64,000 nucleotides of DNA from Octopus vulgaris (taxonomy: Eukaryota): contig OX597816.1 of the NCBI GenBank assembly GCA_951406725.2, positions 25,358,001-25,422,000 on the forward strand, read 5' to 3'. The position numbers and the translations under genes are program-made. The notes beneath the pieces were generated by a model. It was not told the DNA's origin, did not search any database, and saw nothing but the letters and a program-made list of their open reading frames with translations. Positions within the stretch are counted from its first letter, which is position 1, and every line of letters starts with the position of its first letter. Below are positions 30,115 to 42,639 of this stretch, piece after piece.

Positions 30115-33100
30115 AAATTTAGAGGAATGGCCACTAAAAATGGACAGCCTATATGCTAGATATAGACATGAAAATCGCCATTTTGACGTCTAGACATGAA
30201 AATCGCCATTTTGACGTCTATAGCCCTGGGAAAAGTGAGTAAAAATCTTGAGAAATACATGAAACAAATAACGACCGCAATAAATGAGGAGCACTTGTAG
30301 AAAACAGCACTGCTTGGAACTGCTCGAATACTCCGGATGTCGCTGGAAAAGTAAGAAAGTGAGTTGGATGGTAATGGGTATGAGGTAGATGATGGTGGTG
30401 GGGGTAGCGACGACGATGATGATGATAGACGAATATTTTAAATATACATTTCACATATGTTGTTGTTTTCGAAGCATTATTCAGGAGCTTATAATATAAT
30501 GTTTACAAGTTTATATAATGAATATTTTCAGCTTCGGAACCATGTATATGTAAAGTGTCTGGTGACCCTCACTATAGAACGTTCGATGGACAAATGATAC
30601 ATTTCATGGGCACATGCAAATATACACTGGCTACTATTAAGAACGGATCGAATAATACCTACTTTTCTGTTGAAGTAAAGAATGAACACCGAGGGAATAA
30701 CCGTGTATCTTACACACGTTTAGTGGATGTCAAACTCACTGGTTTCACAATTCGTCTGTTGCCAGCTAACAAAATCTTGGTACGTACGTTTTGTCTCTCT
30801 TCACTCTATACTTGTGTAAATGTGTAATAACCATCCATAATATTATTTTGCAGGTCGAGTTGTATTTTCGAATGTCACGCTTGTAATAACTGAAACCAAG
30901 AAACGAAACGAATATATAATGCAATGAAACAAATTTAAATCGTAGACTTAGATAAAAATTGAATAAGGAACTAAATGAAAGACGTAATCGTAATATTTAA
31001 CGTATCGAATCAATAACATAATACTGAAGGTATTGACGTATTAAATTAGAAAAAAATCATTCATAAAATGTGGAATTAATCCTTGTTAATACAATATGAT
31101 TACAGACGAATTTTAGCGTTTGCCAAACAAATGAACGTAAGAGGCCCTCTTTAATCGGTGAGATGCTAACAAACTGTTTTTCTACATGACGTATGTAAGC
31201 ACGTCACTAGCTGACAAATCGGCCGCTGATTTCCAATAGTCGTCGCTTCCACAAGACACTGTGAGTAATTCATAGATATTTGGCTTTCAGAAGATGTTGA
31301 TATGTTATATTCTTTAATGAAAGGAGCGAGCGCGTGTCAATTGCATTATAATTTCCATCCCCTTAAGTATATTCTAAGGTGACCAAATTATAAAGAGAGC
31401 CAAATGTATTATAGAAGTGATATATTTATTCTGTTCAGATGAGTATACGTCTACGCAACTCAGCGGTTCGGCAAAAGGAGGCGATGTGTGAAAGTACTGG
31501 ATATAAAATAAAAAATATTCGTTGGTGGACTTGCTCTAGTAATCTCTTGAAGCTGGTGCCCCAGTATGGCCAGAGTCCAATGACTGAAACAAGTAAAATT
31601 TTGAAAATAAGCCATGATTTATATATAAAGAAAATTACTTGATTTGCATACCTGTCCTATTTTCTTGAATTTAATTTTCAGATAAATTCAGAAGAGAAAT
31701 CGTTGCCCGTAAGAAATTATAAAGAGTTTTCAGCCACATACTCTGTCGGGTGGATTACAGTTACCACTGAATGGGGTTTGAAGATGATGTTTGATGGTAG
31801 ACACAGAGTCACTGTTACATTACCACCAATATTTGCCGATCAACTGACTGGAATCTGTGGAGATTGTAACGGAGAAAAAGATGACTTCCGGACGAAATCT
31901 GGTGAAGATGTTTCTCAGAAAGCAAATAAATTTTCTTTAATTGGTGCCAGTTATCAAGTTGAAGATGACAGTGATAAACCCGAAACAAAGTAAGTGTTGT
32001 TTTAATATCAAGTTTTAGCTGTCTTCACGTTAATCTGTAATCTGGCAGAATATTTGGAGCGTGACAAAAATGAATTACGGCATTTTCTTGGGCACATTAC
32101 ATTGTGAGTTCGTGGTCGATAAAATTACCAGTCAAATAATATGTCGAGGTTATCGATTAACCCCTATAAATTCATGGTATGGTGCCAAAATTTGAAAGTA
32201 TGGTTATTTAAGGTGGTGAGCCTTAAATGATAATAGTTTCAGTTACCGCACACATCAAAATGCTTAGAATTATGTCTGTCGGCCCTTTGTGTTCTGCAAT
32301 GAAACGTCGACGAAACCGTCTTTGCTTTTCATCCTTGCAGACTCGATAAAGGAAGTAGAAATTAAGCTGGAACCGACTTAATCCTCTAAAACCTCAGATT
32401 TTGTGCCTGTCGTTTCTGTTTTTATATATACGGCAAGAAATGAGTTAACAATGTTAGATGATTTGGTAACGTTTTAGTTGTAGGGAATATTTGACATCTG
32501 GAAATAATTAAAGTAGAGAGATTGAATTATAATTGATTCACTCACCAGTAAGTTTTTACTCAGAAAATACGCATGGTTTCTAGTTAGCAAATGAGGAATC
32601 ATACATCATAACAATTATTCTTCACTTCATCATTTCGCTTTCTATTTTTATTTTCAGATGCAAAGTGAATGATGTTAATTCGACTTGTTCAAAGGAGCAG
32701 ACAAAAGAATGTGATTTCATGAATGACAAAATCTTTGAAGCCTGCATTGAAAAGATCGGAGCTTCGCATCTAGAAGAATACTTGGAGTCTTGTAGAATCG
32801 ATGTCTGTAGTTATCACAATGATCCTACAAACCAATACTCTGTTTTCTGTCGAATCATTGAAGGTTTTGCTACAGAATGCGAAAGTGTGGGAATTTTCGT
32901 TAATTGGAGAGAAATATCACAATGCCGTAAGATTTACTGATTCTTTACATTCCTCTAAGAACAGGATAAATGGCGGATTACGTCTTGATGTGTCCGAGAT
33001 GAAATTTTGTCGAAGTATGTTTTAGTTCTTTTAGAGATTATAAAATAATAGTTGCTAAATCCTTCGAATATATATTGTTCGACTGTAGGAATCGTGTTTG

Positions 33101-35406
33101 GGCTTTTAGATAACACTAATTCATAAACTCAAGAAAAAAAGTTTCGATGTCTGATTAGTGAGTATCCGGATTGTTGCTATAGTAACGAAGCCAAAGCAAA
33201 CATCGGGACCACTCGTACATTTATGTGCGGTCCGTACACTTTCTGCAACTTTCCGTCGACCTCTGACCTGGTATCACTATGACAACTTTCTCTGGCATGG
33301 TCAATGCGACAATCATATGTTACACGCGTCCATTCCGAGAACTGCTGTAAACAGCAGAAGTGAGCTAGAACTTTAAAACTTCATGCGCCTGCACAACCGA
33401 GTCGAAGGTGAATTCTTGCCAAGCGGCTTCTGTCTACGTGGTTTAGCTTCGTTACAATCTGAGCAGTCCTGATACTTATTGATCATATCTAGTATTCCTG
33501 CATGTATATAACGAAGTATAGAATTCTGAAATGCCTCCAAGTGCATAGCGTAAGAAATTTGCGAATAGATTTCAGCAATTTTTTAAACAAACCTTACTGA
33601 ATACGCGACACAATTCTTCCTCGATATATTGTAGAGACTTGGTAGATTTGATATGTATTTATTAGTATTGAAGTTGATTATTACTTTCGAATTAGATCAT
33701 TCCCTGTTTCTGGTCTTATAAATAAATTTTCAGACAAATATTTGATATTTTGATTGATTCTCAAAACATTGCACTGAAGGTTTACATATTATCGACAATA
33801 GTTATTGCGTTCCTTATAAATATTTTGCTATTTATAAGAAAATACCTGTTTGCTATGATTCTCCATTGTATTTCATTCCAGCAACGAAATGCAAAGAAAA
33901 TGAAGAGTTCCAATACAAGACTAGCAGCTGTCAACCTTCGTGCGCTAATAGATCACCGAATTGCACAGGTTCCAGTCAAGGTTGTGTTTGTAGACAAGGC
34001 TTTATTCTGAGTGGTGAACAGTGTGTACCTGAAACAGAATGCGGCTGTATCGACAACAAGATATATATGAAGGTAAAATACTGTATGAAAATTTGTATAC
34101 ATAAACATACACGCGCGCGGTCACACACACAGACACACACATACACAGATAAAAATACATTGGGCTGTATAATAAATACTATTATGCATAAAAGATATAG
34201 ATAGGTTATTGTTTATTAAATTGATTACTGGACATTTTTGTTGGTGTTTACTTTCGAACCGATCATCTGGACACGACGTATACTTCCCTTATATAAAAGC
34301 TCTCTGTGTTCTACTAACAGAAATTGAACTAGGAATATCAATGATAGCGTATTCTAATGTATTACCATCCGTGATAAAATAAGGCTTTGAGCTTCACTCT
34401 TAGAAACACCATCAATATTCAACAGGAATATTTTAAAGTTTCATCAAATGTTCAGTCCATAAATATACACTAGTATAATAAGGTTCTAATTTATTGAATT
34501 TTACCTACAGGTTAATGAGGAAATTATATCAGCAGATTGTAAAACAAAGAAAATATGTAAATCTGGTAACGAAATCGTAACAGAAGATATCACTCCTTGT
34601 GGTGAAAACAGCCACTGCGGAATTGAAAGAGGGAAATATGCCTGTGTTTGTAAGGAAAATTTCATTCTTCATAATGGAAAGTGTGTTCACACTGGTGAGT
34701 AAAGGTTTTGTAATTACTATTAATGCATTTTCATTGAACTGGTAATTTTTGACAAATAATTTGTTTTCAAGTATAATTGTAATACAGGGTTGTATTACCC
34801 CTAATTTTTATGGTTATAGAACCTAGCTGTTCTTTCTAGAGTGTAGAATTTCTATAAGTGGATTCCTTATGTGTTTGAATATACGCTATATCGTATGACT
34901 AATATATAGTGTCTTTGGCCAAATTTTTTACGCGTTAGACCACTGAAAATGTAAATTTTAATTAATTTCCATTTTCCTTTGATATGATTAAATATATATA
35001 TATATATATATACATGAATGTATATATATATACTTACTCACACACATAGACGCCCCCCCCAACACACACACATATACATACGTACATACACTTACACAAA
35101 CACCTACGCATATGCATACGTACAGAGACACATGTATATATTCTCTAATGTGTTTCGTATCCGAAATTATTCCTCGTATTTATACATTGACTTCCCGTTT
35201 GTGCCTCACCTTAGTCACAATCCCCCGTATTATGGGAGGCTGCAAATGTCCTGCGTCGTGGAAGTTATAGTCTTCGAATTTTAAACGCACCGAAATTGCG
35301 CGTGCAGTCTTGTCTGCATTGTTGAGGAAAAGATTTCCCCGTGTCTTTGTCTCCTGTTCCTATGTCTTTAATCGTTTTTATTTTCCGTTTTGAAGTTTTG
35401 CACACT

Positions 35407-35468
<62 letters not shown>

Positions 35469-36267
35469 TACACATACATACATACCCACATAAGTACATA
35501 CATACATACCCACATAAGTACATACATACATACATATATACATACATTCATATATATATACATACATACGTACGCACATACATACATACATACGTACATA
35601 CATACATACATACACTCATACATACATACACTCATACATACATACATACAACATACATACATACATACATACATACATACAAAATGCATATATACGTATG
35701 TATGTACATATATATAAATACACACTCATATAGGCATTTACTCAAAAACACACAAACTCACATTCTAGCGCACACATACGCAAATATAAAATTTTTATTC
35801 AATATCAACAGATGCTTGTCATGGCGAACCTTGCAGAAATGGCGCCACATGTCTGAAAGTTGGCAGAGATATCCAATGTATCTGCGCTCCAGGCTTCAGT
35901 GGTAAAACCTGTTCCGAAAGTATGTGTACTCTTCTCTTTACAATTTCGTTACTAAATGTCTTATTGTAAATAAGATAAACATGTTTTCAAGACAGTAGGA
36001 TTAGAATAAAAAAAGGATAGAAACATTGTGTTTCGCAAAAGTATTAAAGAAATAGTGCAGTAAAAGAGAAACATGAACCGGCGTAGTTACCAACTTTATC
36101 ACTAGATAAGTTGACTAGAGAAATTTAATTAACAATATGTCTTATGATTTCTGAAATATCGAAATATATAAATACTAATTTGTTTATTAAGAAAGCGAGA
36201 ATTCATTTATGCATTCACTGATAAGAGCGCGAGTCTTAATATGATGTGAATAAGTATTACATTATTA

Positions 36268-36307
<40 letters not shown>

Positions 36308-36338
36308 TATTTATTCATTTATGTATATGTATATGTCT

Positions 36339-36403
<65 letters not shown>

Positions 36404-39400
36404 AAATTTAGAGGACTGGCCACTAAAAGTGGACAGCATATATGCTAGATATAGACAGCAAAATCGCCATTTTGACGTCTATAGCCCTGGAAAAAGTGAG
36501 TAAAAATCCTGAGAAGTATATGGAACTAATAAGGGCCGCAATAAATGAAAAGCACTTGCAGAAAACAGCACTGCTTAGAACTGCTCGAATACTCCGGATA
36601 TCGCTGGAAAATAAGGGTTGTTTTCTTAGTTCAAATGTAGTAAACAGCTGGTACCATTGTAATCTCCTGTATTAGAATATGTGCAAAGACAATACATAAG
36701 AATAAAAGAAATAAATATGAAATTTGGCATAGAAAAATGTGCCTTAGGAACCTTAAGAAGAGAAAAACTAGTCAAGAGTAGCAACATCACACTAGAGAAA
36801 GGAAATGAAATATGAGAATTAGACCAAAGTCAGACATACAAATATTTAGGAATCGACGAACTAGATGCCATACAACATACACAAATGAAAGGGAAGATAA
36901 GAAAGAATTCTATAGATGAGTTAGATTCATACTGAAAACAGAGCTAAATGCGAAAAACAAGATAATAGTTATCAATACTTTAGCCGTCCCAGCTATAATC
37001 TTCAGCTACAATATAGTTAAGTGGACACTAAATGAACTAATCAAAATAGACAGGAAAACGAGAAAAATAATGATAAAATTTAGGATGCACCCCTCGAAGT
37101 CTGACATGGAAGAACGTATAGATGGTGTAAGAGGTCTTATACAGCTAGAAAACTATTACAAAATAACCAACATTGTACAGCAAAAATACCTACTTCAGAA
37201 GTAAGGAAAACTAATACAAATTGCCACAAACACGAACAAAAAAAGAACTGTTTTCAGTCTTTAATGAAAGTGACAAATACAAACAAGAAGTCATACTATC
37301 TAAGAACTATGAAGAAAAAGAAGAAACAACATAAGCTGTAAAAGAAATGAAATCCAAACTAAAACTAGAACAGCAACGTATCTTGATAAAACAATGGCCC
37401 TCATGGCAAATACAGACAAACGAACTAGACAAAGCAAAATTCCAGCAATGGTTGAGAAGCTCAAGACTCAAAGCAGAGACTAAAGAATTTTTAATTGCTG
37501 CACAAGACCAAAACCTCCCCGCCAGAAATTACCAAAAACATATAATGAAGAGAAACATAACACGTAACTGCAGAATATGTGGAGAAGGACAAGAAACAAA
37601 AAGTCATATCGTCTCTGGCTATCCAGTCCTGGCTAAGAAAGAATATATTCACAGACACGACAGAGTTGGGATCTACATACACTGGAAGCTATGTCAACAG
37701 TATGGAATAACAACAGAAAAAAGATGGTATAGGCACACGCCAGAAAAGGTCACAGAAAATGAGAAAGTAACAATAATATGGGATAAGCCATAGAGATATT
37801 AAGACTAATAGGCCAGATATAATTGTCAGAGATCATGAAGAAAAAAATGCTTTCTAATTGATGTATCAATATCAACAGATGACAATGTTTCTCGAAAGGT
37901 AATAGTGAAACTTTCAAAATGCAAAGACCTGGAAATAGAGGAAACTCGAATGTGGAACCTAGAAACATAAATAATTGCTATCATAGTAGGCGCATTAGAT
38001 GTGATAAAAAATACTCAGACAAATACATAACAAAAACACCAGGACTAACAAATATATATAACATACAGAAAATAGCACTACTGGACACTGTATACATCCT
38101 ATGTAAAACACTTTCAATAGAGTAAGCATAAGAGAATAACAGCAAACCACAGCACATACACAAGGCACACAGAGCTGTGCTCGATAGTGAAGTGAAAGTA
38201 CGCTATAAAAATAAGACTACTGTATAATAATAATAGAAACGTGTTACGTGATGAGGATGATAATGGGTATGGTAATAGGTACGAGGTAGATGATGGTGGT
38301 GGGGGTAGCGATGACGATGATGATGATAGACGAATATTTTAAATATACATTTCACTTATGTTGTTGTTTTCGAAGCATTATTAAGACGCTTATAATATAA
38401 TGTTTACAAGTTTATGTGATGAATATTTTCAGCTTCGAAACCATGTATATGTAAAGTGTCTGGTGACCCTCACTATAGAACGTTCGATGGACAAATGATA
38501 CATTTCATGGGCACATGCAAATATACACTGGCTACTATTAAGAACGGATCGAATAATACCTACTTTTCTGTTGAAGTAAAGAACGAACACCGAGGGAATA
38601 ACCGTGTATCTTACACACGTTTAGTGGATGTCAAACTCACTGGTTTCACAATTCGTCTGTTGCCAGCTAACAAGATCTTGGTACGTACGTTTTGTCTCTC
38701 TTCACTCAATACTTGTGTAAATGTGTAATAACCATCCATAATTTTATTTTGCTGGTCGAGTTGTATTTTCTTACGTCACGCTTGTAATAACTGAAACCAA
38801 GAAACGAAACGAATATATAATGCAATGAAACAAATTTAAATCGTAGACTTAGATAAAAATTGAATATGGAACTAAATGAAAGACGTAATCGTAATATTTA
38901 ATATATCGAATCAATAACAAAATACTGAAGATATTAACGTATTAAATTAGATATAAAATCATACATAAAATGTGGAATTAATCCTCGTTAATACAATATG
39001 ATTAATGACGGATTTTAGCGTTTGCCAAACAGCTGAACATAAGAGACCCTCTTCAATCGGTGAGATGCTAACAAACTGTTTTTCTACATGACGTATGTAA
39101 GCACGTCACTAGCTGACAAAACGGCCGCTGATTTCCAATAGTCGTCGCTTCCACAAGACACTGTGAGTAATTCATAGATATTTGGATTTTAGATGTTGAT
39201 ATGTTATATTCTTTAATGAAAGGAGCGAGCGCGTGTCAATTGCATTATAATTTCCATCCTCTTAAGTATATTCTAAGGTGACCAAATTGTAAAGAGAGCC
39301 AAATGTATTATAGAAGTAACTTAGCGGTTCGGCAAAAGGAGACGATAGGGTAAGTACTGGATATAAAATAAAAAATATACGTCGGTGGACTTGCTCTAGT

Positions 39401-42400
39401 AATCTCTTGAAGGTGGTGCCCCAGCATAGCCAGAGTCCAAAGACTGAAACAAGTAAAATGTTGAAAATAATCCATGATTTATATATAAAGAAAATTACTT
39501 GATTTGCATACCTGTCCTATTTTCTTGAATTTAATTTTCAGATAAATTCAGAAGAGAAATCGTTGCCCGTAAGAAATTATAAAGAGTTTTCAGCCACATA
39601 CTCTGTCGGGTGGATTACAGTTACCACTGAATGGGGTTTGAAGGTGATGTTTGATGGTAGACACAGAGTCACTGTTACATTACCACCAATATTTGCCGAT
39701 CAACTGACTGGAATCTGTGGAGATTGTAACGGAGAAAAAGACGACTTCCGTACGAAATCTGGTGAAGATGTTTCTCAGAAAGCAAATAAATTTTCTTTAA
39801 TTGGTGCCAGTTATCAAGTTGAAGATGACAGTGATAAACCTGAAACAAAGTAAGTGTTGTTTTAATATCAAGATTTAGCTGTTTTCACGTTAATCTGTAA
39901 GCTGGCAGAATATTTGGAGCGTGACAAAAATGAATTGCGGCATTTTCGTGGACACATTACATTGTGAATTCGGGGTCGATAAAATTACCAGTCAAACAAT
40001 ATGTCGAGGTTATCGATTAACCCCTATAAACTCATGGTATGGTGCCAAAATTTGAAAGTTTTTGTTATTTAAGATGGTGAGCCTTAAATGATAATTATTT
40101 CAGTTACCGCACACATCAAAATGCTTAGAATTATTTCTGACGGCTCTTTGTGTTCTGCAATGAAACGTCGACGAAACCATCTTTGCTTTTCATCCTTGCA
40201 GACTCGATAAAGAAGTAGAAATTAAGCTGGAACCGACTTAATCCTCTCAAACCTCAGATTCTGTGTCTGTCGTTTGTGCTTTTACGTCCAAGGCAAGAAA
40301 TGAGTTAACAATGTTAGATGATTTGGTAACGTTTTAGATGTAGAGAATATTTGACATCTGGAATTTTGTTGTACATCAGACCTTAATTAAAGTAAAGAGA
40401 TTGAATTATAATTGATTCACTCACCAGTAAGTTTTTACTCAGAAAATACGCATGGTTTCTAGTTAGCAAATGAGAAATCATACATCATAACAATTATTCT
40501 TAACTGCATCATTTCGCTTTCTATTTTTATTTTCAGATGCAAAGTGAATGATATTAATTCGACTTGTTCAAAGGAAGAGACAAAAGAATGTGATTTAATG
40601 AATGACAAAATCTTTGAAGCCTGCATTGAAAAGATCGGAGCTTCGGATCTAGAAGAATACTTGGAGTCTTGTAGAATCGATGTATGTAGTTATCACAATG
40701 ATCCTACGAACAGTTACTCTGTTTTCTGTCGAATCATTGAAGGTTTTGCTACAGAATGCGAAAGTGTGGGAATTTTCGTTAATTGGAGAGAAATATCACA
40801 ATGCCGTAAGATTTACTGATTCTTTACATTCCTGTAAGAACATGATAAATGGCGCATTACATCTTGATGTGTTTCGAGATGAAATTTTGACGAATTATGT
40901 TTGAGTTCATTTAGAGATTATAGATAAATAATATTTGATTAATTCTTAGAATGTATTGTTTGACTGTAGGAATCGAGTTTGTGCTTTTAGATGACAGTAA
41001 TTCATAAACTCAAGGAAAAACTTTCGATGTCTGATCAGTGAGTATCCGGACTGTTGCTATAGTAGCGAAGCCGAAGCACGTAGAGTGAAGCCATATTGCA
41101 CAGATTCAGCTTCATCTCAACTTGATGTCTGCTGTGCATGCCGTCGAAGTGTTGGCGTTGTAGCTCACTTCATCCTTTTAGAGCATATTTAGTGGGTGAC
41201 TGTCGCATTTAACATGAGAATGATGAGTTGAAAATCTTCATCAAATTTCGCCGTAAGCTTGGCGATACCTGCTCAGAGGCCTACACAAAGTTTTCAAAAA
41301 GCCATTATCATTTCTGATATAATCAAGGAGATCTTATGCAACTGAAACCAGAGTGTATTTTTGGTCAGCTGAATGCAGTTTTAGCACAAACATGGCAGAA
41401 ACGCTTCTCCTGCTCAAATCATCTGTCACAATGGACTGAACTGAACCGTAACTAAGCTGCACATCCTCTGATAACTTACATATGGAGATGCGACGTTTTT
41501 TCTTAGCAGCACGACATTTGCAATGTTTTCCTCAGTTCTGATGGTTCTCGGTCTCCCAGAACGTTAGTGAACATCGACAATGTTTCGGATATCTTAGAAA
41601 TATTTGGACCACTCGTACATTTGTGCGCAGTCCGTACACTTTCTACAACTTTCCGTCGACCTCTGACCTGGTATCACTATGACAACTTTCTCTGGCATGG
41701 TCAATGCGACGATCATATGTTACACGCGTCCATTCCGAGAACTACTGTAAACAGCAGAAGTGAGCTAGAACTTTAAAACTTCATGCGCTTGCACAACCGT
41801 GTCCAAAGTGAATTCCTGCCGAGCGGCTTCAGTCTACGTGGTTTAGCTTCGTTAATATCGCGACAGCCTGGATACTTAGTGATCAGACCTCGTATTTCTG
41901 TATGTATATATGTCGAAGTATAGAATTCTGAAATGCCTCGAAGTGCATTTCTTACGAAATTTGCGAATAGATTTCAGTCTTTATTTTATAATAAACCTCA
42001 TTGAATACGCAACACAATTCTTCTTCGATATATTGTAGAGACTTGGTAGATTTGATATGTATTTATTAGTATTTCAGTTGATTATTACTTTCGAATTAGA
42101 CCCATCCCTGTTTCTTGTCTTATACATAAATTTTCAGACAAATATTTAATATTTTGATTGATTTGTAAAATACTGCACTGAAGTGATATATTTCAGCAGA
42201 ATATGAACAGAGGAAGCTTTATCTATTATTGACATAGTTACTGTGCTCCTCATGAATATTTGTTACTTATCGGGATATGCCTGTTTGTTATGATTCTCTA
42301 TTGTATTTTATTCCAGCGATGAAATGCAAAGAAAATGAAGAGTTCCAATACAAGACTAGCAGCTGTCAACCTTCGTGCGCTAATAGATCACCGAATTGCA

Positions 42401-42544
42401 CAGGTTCCAGTCAAGGTTGTGTTTGTAGACAAGGCTTTATTCTGAGTGGTGAACAGTGTGTACCTGAATCAGAATGCGGTTGTATCAACAACAAGATATA
42501 TATGAAGGTAAAATACTGTATGAAAATTTGTATACATAGATAAG

Positions 42545-42639
<95 letters not shown>

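Noticed and set aside
30163-30218. 28-bp tandem duplication private to one unit
   Set aside because: Ordinary slippage; useful only as a unit marker.
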